Positions 9,354 to 20,489 of a DNA stretch of 56,690 nucleotides are shown here, piece after piece. Where the stretch lies: NCBI GenBank assembly GCA_963712115.1, contig CAVQGX010000025.1, positions 1-56,690 on the forward strand, given 5' to 3'. Made by a program: the position numbers and the translations under genes. The DNA comes from an uncultured delta proteobacterium (GTDB lineage: Bacteria; Desulfobacterota; Syntrophobacteria; BM002). The notes below the pieces were generated by a model. It was not told where the DNA came from and made no database searches. It was given only the letters and a program-made list of their open reading frames with translations. Every line of letters starts with the position of its first letter. The stretch's first letter is position 1.

Positions 9354-11527
9354 AGCACTCCGAGAATCAACCGCCGCTCGTTTTCGGCAAGAGAGGTGGA
9401 GGGTGGATCTGCGGGGGTCTGCTTGAGGAACTGGGGCAGATGCCTTCTCTCCACCACCGAATCCTGGGCGAGAATAACAGCGTGGCTTATGGCGTTTTCC
9501 AACTGGCGGACATTGCCAGGATAGTCGTGATCCATAAGGAGTTGCATAGCACCGGATGAGAAAGAGTGGATCGCCTTCCCCTCTTTGAGGGTGTACTTGC
9601 CGAGAAAATGTTTGGCTAGAAGGGGAATGTCTTCTATACGATCGCGGAGAGGAGGCAAGTGTATAGAGATGACGTTGAGCCTGTAATAAAGGTCATCCCT
9701 AAATCGCCCTTCTTCAACCTCGCGGTAAAGGTCACGATTTGTCGCAGCCAGCACCCTTACGTCAGCCTCGAGGGTTTCCTCCCCACCCACTCGTTCAAAG
9801 GAGTGATCCTGGAGAAATCTGAGCAATAACACTTGAGTGGCCGCAGCAATATCACCAATTTCATCGAGAAAAAGGGTGCCTCCCTTGGCACGTTCTATGC
9901 GTCCCATCTTTCTCTTGATAGCGCCGGTAAAGGCTCCTTTTTCATGGCCGAAAAGTTCACTCTCCAAAAGGGTGGGCGAATAGGCTGAGCAGTTGGCAGC
10001 GATAAAGGGCCCTTTTCGGCGGTGACTTTGTCGGTGGATGGCTTGGGCGACCAGTTCTTTGCCTGTGCCGTTTTCGCCCGTGATTAGTACGGTTGCATCG
10101 GAAGCGGCTACCAGATCAATCAGTTCATAGACGCTCTGCATCTCGTCACTCTGACCAATAATTTTTCCGTGAGAGGTTTTCTCGGCTACTTTTTCGCGGA
10201 GATGATTTATTTCATTTTGGTGAACAATGAGATGACGGATGTATCCGGCTATTTGACTGAAAAAAGTCAGGAGGAAGTGCAAATCATCCCGGGCGTATTC
10301 TTGATGGATTGATGAGCCCAAAAGTGAATAGCCAATGCATTGGTGGGGTGAGGAGATGGGCAGACCAAACCAATTAGTATAGCTCTTTGAAATGACTTTC
10401 AGGAAGGTGGGAATGTCATTACTGTGTTCAGAACTGACTATGCGGTGTTTATTGAGCGTTCTCAGATATTGGAGAAAATCTGCAACTAATTCAGATCGCT
10501 CGATTTCTTTTTGGGCACGATGCGAAGGCTCCACCCGATCAGAGTGAACATCAGCCAATGGGAGAAAACCTGTGCTTTCTGAATCTAAAAAGAAAAGGAG
10601 AAGGTCTGAGTTGGGAAAGAGTTGCTGACTAGTTTCCTGGATGAAATCAATCAACTCCGAAAGAGAATTTTTGTTGTTAACCTGGCGAGAGAGCTCGAAG
10701 AGTGTTTCCAGCTGATGCTGGGTCTTCTGTAATTCTTTGGAACGGAAGGCCAGGGCCTCCTCCATTCTCCTTTTTTCCGTGACGTCCCGCTCCAGGCGAA
10801 TGATCGAGCTTATCTCACCCTGAGCATCTAAAAGCGGATAAGTTGCAATTTCGAGCATGCGATCCACGCCCTCTGCATTTGGATAGATCTTATCCGATAA
10901 GGCCGGACGTTTGGTACGTATAGTCTCCTCCATTGGACACTTAATGCCCGATTCCTTACAGGGTGTTGGCCTGTCAAGCATAATCTCATGACATCTTTGA
11001 CCAACTGATTTTGGCGACTCCAACCCTACGCGAGCATTAAAGGCGTCGTTCGCCTGTAAAATGGTGAAGTTATCGGGATCCACAACAATCAGGCTGTCGG
11101 TGATGCTATTAATGATCTCCTCGTTGAATTCTCTAGCTGATTGCAGCTGGCTTTCGAGTTGTTTACGCTTAGAAATATCTATTGCGTGCTCCACCGCCTG
11201 CGTAGTTACTCCATGGTGATCATTGATTGGATAAGAATACACTTCAAAAATGCGCTCTTTTCCATCTGGCACAGGGACTCGCTTTTCGAGCATCAGCGTC
11301 TCACCGGTGCGGAAAACCTCCTGCACGTGACAAGCATCGCAAATGGCCGAGCGCTGGTAGAATACCTCATAGCAAAATTTGCCCAGCAACTGCTCTTCGT
11401 CCAGGTGAAAGAGCTCCATTAAAGCTTTATTGACCTTGAGAATGCGAAACTCCCGGTCATAGATGGCAAAGGGATCGGTTACGCTGTCAAAAACCCTGGT
11501 GAGGAATTTTTCATCGTAGGCGCTCAT
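9239..11527 (-). CDS. Sigma54-dependent activator (PAS-PAS-GAF-like-AAA-HTH)
   Basis: [22 protein letters not shown]-terminal Fis HTH; two Cys-bearing PAS domains. Confidence 0.95.
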   Translation of the reverse strand: MSAYDEKFLTRVFDSVTDPFAIYDREFRILKVNKALMELFHLDEEQLLGKFCYEVFYQRSAICDACHVQEVFRTGETLMLEKRVPVPDGKERIFEVYSYPINDHHGVTTQAVEHAIDISKRKQLESQLQSAREFNEEIINSITDSLIVVDPDNFTILQANDAFNARVGLESPKSVGQRCHEIMLDRPTPCKESGIKCPMEETIRTKRPALSDKIYPNAEGVDRMLEIATYPLLDAQGEISSIIRLERDVTEKRRMEEALAFRSKELQKTQHQLETLFELSRQVNNKNSLSELIDFIQETSQQLFPNSDLLLFFLDSESTGFLPLADVHSDRVEPSHRAQKEIERSELVADFLQYLRTLNKHRIVSSEHSNDIPTFLKVISKSYTNWFGLPISSPHQCIGYSLLGSSIHQEYARDDLHFLLTFFSQIAGYIRHLIVHQNEINHLREKVAEKTSHGKIIGQSDEMQSVYELIDLVAASDATVLITGENGTGKELVAQAIHRQSHRRKGPFIAANCSAYSPTLLESELFGHEKGAFTGAIKRKMGRIERAKGGTLFLDEIGDIAAATQVLLLRFLQDHSFERVGGEETLEADVRVLAATNRDLYREVEEGRFRDDLYYRLNVISIHLPPLRDRIEDIPLLAKHFLGKYTLKEGKAIHSFSSGAMQLLMDHDYPGNVRQLENAISHAVILAQDSVVERRHLPQFLKQTPADPPSTSLAENERRLILGVLQESNWNKHEAARSLKISRSTLYSKIRRYSLKKGTVPV

Positions 11528-11606
11528 ATGTGCCTCCCTGTTCAGTTGGGTAAGGCCAGGAAGTTCCGGTTTTTGCCCATACCGTCCGAAGGTCGCTGGT
11601 GCTCTA

Positions 11607-11842
11607 ACCCGGATGTTTCATGAATCGCTTACTGCGACCACGGATATGGCTGTCCTTCCGTGCGTCCTCGGGTGTCGGTCCCTGCGACGTACCATTCAGG
11701 TACGCCTCGGAACCAATCCCGCGGTACCGCGGGACGGTTGCCCGGTGGCCCGCCCGCCTCGCCTGAGCGAGCAGGCTCGCGATGGCGGGCAGGCACGCCC
11801 ATCTTCGTGGTCTCGTGACACCAATTCATGAAACATCCGGGT
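11607..11842. mobile_element. MITE-like element with perfect 19-bp terminal inverted repeats
   Basis: ACCCGGATGTTTCATGAAT (11607-11625) / ATTCATGAAACATCCGGGT (11824-11842); partial right ends at ~8389-8442 and ~23760-23778. Confidence 0.7.
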
Positions 11843-12136
11843 CAAAGGAGAATCATATACGGGCGAAGGTTGCTGTTTCGTTCATGCAATGAGCAGTAAC
11901 AGAGCATGGCGGCAAGAGTTCAGATTCCGGTATAAGAGTGTATTGAATTTGTATTAAATACGGGTCGTATTTTGTTCATAGTCGCATGGTTTGCAGTTTG
12001 CTGTCAACCACGATTTTCTTTGTTATTGAATGTAGCTGGCTTAAATAGGAAAGATGTTTGTGAGTCGAAAATAATACAGGTAAGGAATTGAAAGGCGTGA
12101 GAAGAGGGATTTCTACCTCAGAAAAGCAAGGGAGAT

Positions 12137-12276
12137 AACCAAAGAGCACACAGAGAGATGCAATTTCAGATTGTGGATTGTAGATGGTAGATTGCGAAAT
12201 CTTCAGGTGCCATACTCTCTAAATCTACAATCTTAGATCTAAAATCTAAAATATCTCTCTGTGTTCTCTGTGGTTT
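12137..12276. repeat. Intergenic palindromic element with heptamer-periodic arms
   Basis: AACCAAAGAGCACACAGAGAG...CTCTCTGTGTTCTCTGTGGTT ends around AGATTG/AAATCT heptamers. Confidence 0.6.
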
Positions 12277-12324
12277 AAAATCCTAAGGCTTTGAGCCGCT
12301 AGGCGTTTTTTTTCTCTTTCATGC

Positions 12325-13128
12325 TCAAATTGCTGCTGGCGGTTCGGCTATTTTGTGGAGGGGAGACTGTTCAGTCTGCTCTATCCCCGATCTGAATTGG
12401 AAGTGAGTCTCAACGATGTCATTGACCTTTTTGTAGAGTGCTCTCAGCGGAATGCTTGCTGGACAGGCTTCTTCGCATAGTCCACAATCCACACAGCGAC
12501 CGATCATATGGAGGGCCCTTACCAGATGGAACATGGGAAGGTCCGGTGGGATTTCCCCTTTTGTTACCACATCCTCACTTTCAAGGCTGCATTCTTTGCA
12601 AAAGCACATTGGACAAACATTTCGGCAGCCATAACATTTAATGCATTTTTCAAATTCGGCTCTCCAATCCTTGAACCTTTGCAGGGGGGGTTTTTCTTCC
12701 CACTCCACCGGTCGGGGATCCTTTGGTGCCACCTGTTTACCTTCGAGCCATTCATCAGGATAGGGCAGTCCGCAGTTGCACGCTTGAGCCAACTCTTCAG
12801 AGCAAGCCACCCCTATGACCACTACCTGTTGGAGTGAGATCTGATTCCATGCGGCGAGCGCCCTCAAGGCCCGCTGGTCGCAACCTCTAACTAGAATGCC
12901 AAAGTTTGCCTCTGAATGGTTCTGAAGCAGTTTGGTCAGGATTTTGCTGAGAGGATAGCGGGCGTCACCAGTTCTTACTCCATCACCAATAGATAGTTGG
13001 TCGACTTCATCGGGGGAAACAAAAAGGTGCGGTTTGATCTGTCCATTTTCCTTCTTGAGTGCGAGAAAACCTTTTATTTGCTCGGTGGTGAGAAGTTCCT
13101 TCACTTTGGTCTTGATGGCATCATGCAT
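12325..13128 (-). CDS. Fe-S protein of FdhB/FrhB-like type with 2x[4Fe-4S], Hdr-associated
   Basis: VRGCD, CIKCYGCRNVCPMCFC, GRCVDCGLCEEACP; ATG 13128 with GGAG RBS. Confidence 0.85.
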   Translation of the reverse strand: MHDAIKTKVKELLTTEQIKGFLALKKENGQIKPHLFVSPDEVDQLSIGDGVRTGDARYPLSKILTKLLQNHSEANFGILVRGCDQRALRALAAWNQISLQQVVVIGVACSEELAQACNCGLPYPDEWLEGKQVAPKDPRPVEWEEKPPLQRFKDWRAEFEKCIKCYGCRNVCPMCFCKECSLESEDVVTKGEIPPDLPMFHLVRALHMIGRCVDCGLCEEACPASIPLRALYKKVNDIVETHFQFRSGIEQTEQSPLHKIAEPPAAI

Positions 13129-13203
13129 CTTGCTTCTCCACGTTAAGCCCTGAAGGTCAGCTTTGCTCTGTTTAGCTTCTTGTCCCAAAAATCCATTAAG
13201 GAG

Positions 13204-13662
13204 TTAGGTTCGGAGACTCTCAGCTTGCAGCTCAGAACCTGGAATGGACCACTCGGAACTGTAATTAAGAGGGCCTAGATCCCTAATTCTCTCTGTGAAT
13301 CGGGTAATTTCCTCGGCAAAGCGAGGTCCTTCAGCCGATGAAACCCAAACTAGATTCAATCGCTCACCTTCAATGCCAACAAATTCGAGTAGATCCTTCA
13401 GTACGGACACTCTTTGCGCTGTCAGATAATTACCATACTGGTAATGACATTCACCCAGGTGTCAGCCTCCAACGAAAACACCGTCTGTTCCCATTTGAAA
13501 GGCCTTCAGAATGTTTTCAAAAGAAACGGACGAAGAGCACATGACTCGAATAGCCCGCACGTTGGCTGGGTACTGAAGGCGACCCACGCCAGCCAGATCT
13601 GCACCTGCGTAAGCGCACCAGTTACAGAGAAAAGCCAGAATCTTAGGTTCAAAATCCGCCAT
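13204..13662 (-). CDS. mvhD: MvhD/FlxD-type [2Fe-2S] subunit, selenoprotein (152 aa, Sec67)
   Basis: Two track ORFs join through in-frame TGA 13464-13462, giving FLCNWC..VMC..GG-U-HLGECHY..WVSSAEG. The TGA sits at the conserved GC(H)xGxCHY Cys. Confidence 0.92.
13420..13449 (-). promoter_or_regulatory. SECIS-like hairpin of mvhD
   Basis: TGTC-ATTACCA-GTA-TGGTAAT-TATCT-GACA just downstream of the UGA. Confidence 0.7.
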
Positions 13663-13678
13663 GTTCTCTCTCCCTTAG

Positions 13679-16600
13679 CTAGATTCCTCTCATGGATGCA
13701 ACTATCTGAGCGTTGAGTTGCTGGCGGGCAAAACCAGCCAACCGCGCGCTCCCAGAAGGACAAGACGCGGCACAGGAGCCACAACCTTTACAGATGGCTA
13801 TGTTTACCTGGCAGATGTGTTTATCAGCGAGAAAGTCGATGGCCCCGTAGGAACAGGCGTTCAAACACCCCTGACAACCCACGCAGGTTTCCGCATCTAT
13901 GTGTGCCACCAGAGCGCTGCTCACCCAGACTTTCTTGGCCAGTACGGACACGGTTCGCGCTGCCGCCGCCATGGCCTGAGCCAAAGTTTCCTCAATGTCT
14001 TTTGGGTAGTGAGCAAGGCCGCAAACAAAAATACCGTCCGTGGCGAAGTCCACCGGTCTCAACTTCACATGCGCTTCGGCAAAGAAACCGTCTTGATTGA
14101 GGGGAACTTTGAGATGCCGGGCTATCTCTTCGTTTGCAGCCGGTTCCATGGCAGTGGCCAGGTTTATGAAGTCCGCCTGTATAGATATTGGGCGCCGGAA
14201 CATCTGATCGATCACCTCGACCTCTAGCTCCCCCTTTTCTCCTACGGCCACTTTGGGTGGTTCTTCTAAGCCATACCGGATGAACATGATCCCCTTGGCC
14301 CGAGCCTCGGTATAGAGTGCTTCCTTAAACCCATAAGTGCGTATGTCCCGATAGAGAATGTAGATATCAATGTCCGGGTTGATTTCCTTTATCTTCATAG
14401 CAGTGATCAAACTATTGGAACAGCAAATTTGGCTGCAATAAGGACGTTCGTCGTTCCTTGAGCCCACACACTGAATAAAAACGCAACTTCTCCCCTCGGT
14501 GATCATGGGGTCTTTGCTAACAACCAGATCGTCTAGTTCATGAGATATGAAAACACCAGGATGTTCTCCGTACAGGTACTCTTTGGGGCGATGGGGCACG
14601 CCGCCGGTGGCAACCACCACCGCCCCGTGATCGATGGTCGTTGCTTCCTGGCTGGTGCTTACACTGGTGAGGGTGGTGCGAAAGTTTCCGACAAAACCAC
14701 TCATGTAAGCTACTTGCACACCGAGGTGCACTGTTATTAGGGGGTGTTGACCCACCGCCTCCTGCAAATTCATTCGAAACGATTGGACATCTTCACCTTT
14801 CCATGTCCAGTAGATGTGATTTGCCTGCCCACCTAGGGAATGAGTTTTTTCTACCAGATGAACCTGATAACCACTCTCGGCAATGCTTAAAGCGGCTCTC
14901 ATTCCGGCAAGGCCGCCCCCCACCACCAAAGCCACCGGGGTAATGTTCAGGTGCTGCTCCTCAAGAACTTCCAGGAGGGTGGCCTTGGCTACTGCCATGC
15001 GAACCAGGTCTTTGGCCTTATCGGTGGCAGCATCCGGATCATTTTGGTGCACCCAGGAGTTCTGGTTCCGGATGTTGGCCATCTCAAAGAGATATTTGTT
15101 GAGGCCAGCCGCCTTCATAGTTTCCTGAAAAAGCGGTTCATGGGTCCGGGGCGAACAGGCGGCCACCACTACCCGGTTCAGCTTCTGTTCAGCAAAGACC
15201 TGCCGCATCTTGTCCTGGGCATCCTGGGAACAGGAAAAAAGGTTCTCTTCCGCATACACCACGTTGGGCATAGTCCTGGCATACTCTACCACCTCGGAGA
15301 CCCTCACAACGCCGCCGATATTGACCCCGCAGTCGCAGACAAAGACCCCCACCCGTGGTAACTGAGCAGCAACGTCCAGTTCTTTAGGGTAAGTCTTCTC
15401 TTGGACCAGCGTGCCTCTAGCCGTGGTCAGTTGGCAAGAGGCAGCGCTGGCAGCGGCGCTGGCCTGCATCACCGAGGATGGAATGTCCTTAGGCCCCTGG
15501 AGGACGCCACAGGCGTAAATACCAGGCTTTGAAGTGGACACCGGGGTAAAGCTGCTGGTCTTGGCAAAGTCGTGATGATCCAATTCGATGCCGAGCTTCT
15601 CTGCCAGACCTTTTACACCAGGGTCTGGCTCAAGGCCGACAGATAGCACCACCAGGTCAAATTCCTCTTCAACCCTCCTGCCAGCTTGGTCCGTGTAGCG
15701 GATGAGTTGGTTTCCGTTTTCATCCACTGGGACAATGTTGCTGATCTTCGATTTAATGAAACGCACTCCGATCTCTTTGGCTCGGTTGTAGTATCTCTCA
15801 AAGTCTTTGCCGTAAGTTCGCATGTCAATGTAGAATATGGCCGTATCAAGCGAGTTCTTACTGTGCTCTTTGGCCACAATGGCCTCTTTTATGGCATAGG
15901 TGCAGCAAACCGCTGAACAATAGGGTTTAGTCTCCGGGTGGATATCCCTGGAGCCCACACACTGAAGCCAGGCGATTTTCCTCGGCTCCTTTTCGTCGGA
16001 AGGTCTCACCAGGTGGCCCTGGTAGGGGCCGGTAGCTGCAAGGATTCGTTCAAATTCCAAACTGGTTACCACATTGGGGGATCTATTGTAGCCATAGATA
16101 TCGCGGATAGCCGGACTGAAGGCCCTGGAGCCCGAGGCCAACACTACCGCTCCTACTTTGATGGTTAGTTCTGTTTCCTGGTCCTCAAAATTAATAGCCT
16201 CACTGGGGCAGAGTTTCTCGCATGCCTTACATTTGCCTTTCCCCTTGACGAAATAAATACAATTCTCAGCATCGATCACGTATTTGAGAGGAACTGCCTG
16301 GGCGTATTGCACATAGATGGCTTTGCGCTTGGCGAGACCAGCGTCATATGCATTCGATACCTTCTTGGGACATTTCTCAGCGCATATACCGCAGGCAATA
16401 CATTTCTCCATATCGACATAGCGGGGATACTGCCTGACTCCTATTTCGAAATTTCCTACCTCCCCAGAGATGCTTTCCACCTCAGAGAGGGTTAGAAGCT
16501 CAATGTTGAGATGCCGGCCGACCTCGACCAGCTTGGGCGAGATAATTCACATGGAACAGTCATTGGTGGGAAAGGTCTTGTCCAGCTGGGACATCATGCC

Positions 16601-16726
16601 TCCTATGGATGCGGACCTTTCCACCAGGTAGACATAGTAGCCGGAATCGGCCAAGTCCAGGGAAGCCTGCATGCCGGCAATGCCACCACCTACCACCATC
16701 ACTGCACCGGTTTTCTTCTGTGTCAT
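13679..16726 (-). CDS. hdrA: Large heterodisulfide reductase subunit A, selenoprotein (1015 aa, Sec60)
   Basis: True start ATG 16726 (AGGAG RBS): [39 protein letters not shown] 16549-16547 in frame with the 933-aa track ORF; two FAD modules (QCVGSR..YCS..CC) and ferredoxin motifs. Confidence 0.93.
16513..16532 (-). promoter_or_regulatory. SECIS-like hairpin of hdrA
   Basis: GCTGGTCG-AGGT-CGGCCGGC starting 14 nt after the UGA; G-rich apical loop. Confidence 0.75.
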
Positions 16727-16793
16727 TTTTCTCCTGCCTTAGATCACCAGAGTAGGTTTATGCTTTTCTTCAACTTTCATGATTGGTGATCTC

Positions 16794-16987
16794 AAATTCG
16801 AAATCCGAAGCACGAAATCCTAAACAAATTCAAATGACCAAAGCACCAAATTCAAAACAAAAAGGCAAACTGAGGAATTAACACACTGAACTGTTGCATT
16901 ACCGAATTCTTTACTCTTTAGAGTTTTGGACATTTGATATTTGAATTTCGGATTTGTTTCGGATTTAGATATTCGGATTTAGGATTT
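16794..16987. repeat. Heptamer-periodic imperfect palindrome between hdrB and hdrA
   Basis: AAATTCGAAATCCGAAGCACGAAATCCTAAAC... / ...GGATTTAGATATTCGGATTTAGGATTT; same family as 51275-51434. Confidence 0.7.
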
Positions 16988-17029
16988 ATTATCCTCCGTC
17001 AAAGCAATAAAATTAGGGCTAAAGAGTAT

Positions 17030-17962
17030 TCACACTTCCGCTACCTCTTCCATTTCCTCTTCCTCTGGCTCTGGTACAAAGAAAAAATGCTCGATGCCGT
17101 CAATAGACAACTGATTCATGCTGAGTCCCAGGGTTTTTCCATCCATACCCATGCTCAGTCCCAAGAGCTGGGGATAAAGAACAGAGGGAAGGTTGAGATT
17201 ATTCCCGCGGCTGGAGAGAATCATCTTCTGTACTGTATCAAACTGAATGTGACAGTAAGTGCAGGCAGCACACAGGTACTCAGCTCCCGATTGCTTGCCG
17301 TCTTTGAGTTTCTTCTCAGTCAAATCCATGGATAGATCATCGTTGATTCCCCAGACAGGGGCCCCACAACAATCGAGCTTGGCTGGCCAGGAGATGCTCT
17401 CAGCTCCGGTCACTTCAACCAGTTGATCAAATATGGCTGGGGCCACCGGATCGTCAAAGGCAACGATCTGGCTTGGCCTGAGAGCGTGACAGCCGTAGTG
17501 GGTGGCGATGTTAAGGCCGGAAAAGGGTTTTTCTATCTTCTCTTTGATAACCCCAATACCCACATCATGGTACAGAAGGGAAAGAAGATGCTTGACCTCA
17601 ACATCTCCCCTGTATTCAAGATATTCCTTCTTGAGAATCCCGTTGATTTCTTCCCGCAAAGAAGCATCTTCCTTGAGGAGATGGTCCGCCTTTTTGAGGC
17701 TGCCGTAACAACACTTGCACAGACTCAAAAGATTCAAATTGTTCTTTTCCGCTAGGGCCAGATTTCTTGCCGCAGCAAGAACAAATGTCTTGTAGTCAAG
17801 ATTCCTTATGGGATAGCCACAGCAGTTAAACTGCTTTATGTCAGCCAATTCCACGCCGAGTCTGGTCAAAATAGCCCTGGTGGAAGTCTCGTATTGACCG
17901 AGACGAGCCGGTATGTTGCAACCGAGAAAGAGTGCGAATTTCATTAGCTTGTCCCCATCCAC
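17030..17962 (-). CDS. hdrB: Heterodisulfide reductase subunit B
   Basis: FLGC, CCGYP, CKCC, HYGCH, CCGAP, CTYC (two CCG domains); may start at ATG 17944. Confidence 0.92.
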   Translation of the reverse strand: MDGDKLMKFALFLGCNIPARLGQYETSTRAILTRLGVELADIKQFNCCGYPIRNLDYKTFVLAAARNLALAEKNNLNLLSLCKCCYGSLKKADHLLKEDASLREEINGILKKEYLEYRGDVEVKHLLSLLYHDVGIGVIKEKIEKPFSGLNIATHYGCHALRPSQIVAFDDPVAPAIFDQLVEVTGAESISWPAKLDCCGAPVWGINDDLSMDLTEKKLKDGKQSGAEYLCAACTYCHIQFDTVQKMILSSRGNNLNLPSVLYPQLLGLSMGMDGKTLGLSMNQLSIDGIEHFFFVPEPEEEEMEEVAEV

Positions 17963-19713
17963 TATGAAGCCTTTTGTCTTACCTGTTTGACCGCCACATT
18001 CTTGAGTTCATAGAGCACGTCTGTAATGCAGACCCCTTGGGGGCATTGCTCCTGACAGTGGTAACAGGTAAGGCAGTCCCAAAGCATATTTGAGCCCAAG
18101 GCCAGATCCCTCACTCCCAAGCCACAGGCATGCATGATCTGATGTGGCAACATACCCAGGACCTCTTCGGGGTTGTCATAGTTAGCCACTACCGGACACA
18201 CGGTGGTACAGCTCTGACAGCCAAAGCAAACCGAGAAGGTGCTTGCCTGAGCTGAAAGGCTCAGACCACTCTTAAACTCTCTGTCGGCAGGGCTTAGAGG
18301 TATGAGTTTATCCGGGCTCATTAAATGGCATTCAGCAGCTATGGCCCCCCTGGCCCTATCCAATGGCTCTCGGTAACCATCTTCAACCAGAGCCTGCTGC
18401 ATGAGCCCACGGTAGTAGGAAAAAGGCGAGAGCATGAAAAACTCAGGGTAACCTCGCTCAAGGAGAGCTTCTCTTACGCTGAACCACATATCCTGCAAGT
18501 TGATTCCGACCGGACAGACAACGGTGCACCTTTCACAATTGGTACAGAGAAAGATCCCTTCTTGCACCTGTTTGAGCTGTTGTTCAGTCAGGTGGTTTCC
18601 CGAGGCAAGTTTTTTTAAGGAGACTATTTTTTCGGATGGCAGAATGTTCAGATTTGGAATGGACTCAAAAGCAACGCCAACCGAGCAATGGACCGTACAA
18701 CTTCCACAATGGGTGCAAGCATCCAACTCCAAGACCTGCCTGGTGGCGATATTGGCAGGACTTGAGCTTTCCTTGTCCATCACTGAATTGGCTAGAAGAC
18801 TGAGGGGACTGGCAAAGATGTGAAACATCTTACTGAAAGGAAGATAGGCCAGACCCAGCCAGCAGGCGAGAAAGTGGATGTACCAGAGGATCTCGGGTAT
18901 ATTTGCTCGGTCCAATGCCAAAGCTATGGCGCTGATGGTTTTGGCTGTGGTGTAACCCAGAAATGCCCATTGAGGCTTCGAGTGGCATTGGGCGCAAGTC
19001 ATCTCATGGGCTTCCTTACCCGACTCCAGGAGCTTCTCCTCAAAGGGCCCCTTTACAGTGGGGGAGACAACAGCAAATTCCTTGACCCAATAGGTTTCCA
19101 GAGCTCTGAGCTCTTCTTCGTCAGCCGCAACTGTGTATTCTTCCACCATCTCCTGGTATGTGGAATAAGAAGTTATCTTGGTGGCCTCCAAAAGAACGCC
19201 AGAAATCATAATCACCGCAAGGATGATGAGGGCGTAGTAGTCCTGGCCACCGGTGCGCACACGGGGTACCTTCAAAATAAAGCGACGATAGAGCGCAATG
19301 GCTATGCCAACGATTACCAGGAGACCAAAGAGATCCCTCAAAAACATAAAGGGATTGATGGTCGAATAGTATTCTGGAAAGAGCACAGCGGTGACGAACT
19401 TGTCCAAGGCATGCATCAGAAGGAGCAGCATAAAGCCAACATATAGACAGATGTGCATGAGCCACCTGAGAAAGTCTTGGCGTAAAACTCTTATCTGCAG
19501 GAGTACATCGAGAATAAAGACTCGGAGGAGAGTAAAGATTTTGCCGCTGAACAGGGTTAAAGTGATCCCTTTGATGGCAGCGGAGGTCCTTTCTGCGGCC
19601 GACAATTCTCTGGCAGTTAAGCCGATTCGGTAGCGAAACCAGGTTGATATTTTATAAAGCAAACCGAGTCCGAAGACTGCCAGGGCAAGGTATAACGAAA
19701 TAGTGAAAAACAT
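17962..19713 (-). CDS. NarI/DsrM-like membrane domain with a CxxCH insertion, fused to two HdrC-like Fe-S domains
   Basis: Hydrophobic helices with His (WLMH..MH, HFL..KMFH), CAQCH in a loop, four CxxCxxCxxxC motifs. Confidence 0.85.
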   Translation of the reverse strand: MFFTISLYLALAVFGLGLLYKISTWFRYRIGLTARELSAAERTSAAIKGITLTLFSGKIFTLLRVFILDVLLQIRVLRQDFLRWLMHICLYVGFMLLLLMHALDKFVTAVLFPEYYSTINPFMFLRDLFGLLVIVGIAIALYRRFILKVPRVRTGGQDYYALIILAVIMISGVLLEATKITSYSTYQEMVEEYTVAADEEELRALETYWVKEFAVVSPTVKGPFEEKLLESGKEAHEMTCAQCHSKPQWAFLGYTTAKTISAIALALDRANIPEILWYIHFLACWLGLAYLPFSKMFHIFASPLSLLANSVMDKESSSPANIATRQVLELDACTHCGSCTVHCSVGVAFESIPNLNILPSEKIVSLKKLASGNHLTEQQLKQVQEGIFLCTNCERCTVVCPVGINLQDMWFSVREALLERGYPEFFMLSPFSYYRGLMQQALVEDGYREPLDRARGAIAAECHLMSPDKLIPLSPADREFKSGLSLSAQASTFSVCFGCQSCTTVCPVVANYDNPEEVLGMLPHQIMHACGLGVRDLALGSNMLWDCLTCYHCQEQCPQGVCITDVLYELKNVAVKQVRQKAS

Positions 19714-19813
19714 AAGCTCACAATCCTTGAATTGGGTTTAATTCAGGTTGGTACTGAAAAAACCGCCTTACCTTTATTTTCTGGGCAGAGGTGGGCGGAG
19801 TGGTAAGGCAGAG

Positions 19814-19972
19814 CCGGCCGACCTCAACGAGGACCGGCGAGACACTTGGGATGACGCATTTACAGGTGGAGAGGGTGCTGTCGAGTTGTGTCATTGTCCC
19901 GCCCATGGCAGGTGACTTCTCAAGCAGATCGGAGTAGAAGCCGTAATGTGCCAGGTTCGGATCAGCTTGCAT
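19814..19972 (-). pseudogene. Degenerate remnant of an hdrA 5' end
   Basis: MQADPNLAHYGFYSDLLEKSPAMGGTMTQLDSTLSTCKCVIPSVSPVLVEVGR aligns without gaps to HdrA residues 19-71 (27/53 identical by my count). Confidence 0.8.
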
Positions 19973-20489
19973 AGCGCGATTGGTGTTTGAAATAGCTAGA
20001 CTAGAGCAGCAAACATTTTCGTGCTGACTGATACTTTTTAATCGGCGGAGCCCACATGAGATCTCCCAAGAATAGAGTTCTAGCAACTTTTCCAGCGGGG
20101 CAAAACGGAGCGAGAGGTCGAGATTGAAGAGAGCGGAACGAGAGGAACAATAAGAATGGGATCAAGAATTGGCAAGCAACATAGTGTGTTGGATACCTAC
20201 ACTTGATTAACCGAGTTCCAGCACGCACAGGTCGGCCAGATGAATCTCGTCGCTTGTGTCAATAAATATTATATTATAAATTATATATTATAAGATAAAG
20301 AAAAATTGAAATAGTTATTTATATGTCAGTTGACCAAATCATTTTGCTCACAAGGGCTGACAAACATGGCTCCTTAAAAGCTGTGACCGGGACTGGGCAG
20401 AGATGAGCTCTACCAGTAAAGCGCTGCGAGCCGATCACAGGAGCCAATGAGGTGATCTTAGTGAGATAACAAATGGGAGGTATGACAAC

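Noticed and set aside
11326-11342. CDACH as a heme c site in the sigma54 activator
   Set aside because: Cytoplasmic PAS protein with no export signal; part of the three-Cys PAS motif.
13204-16726. hdrA and mvhD as nonsense pseudogenes
   Set aside because: Both TGAs fall on conserved Cys positions and are followed by SECIS-like hairpins.
19718-20086. 122-aa ORF as a real gene
   Set aside because: Only the middle resembles HdrA, the GGGxxG motif is missing and the flanks look random; treated as a remnant.
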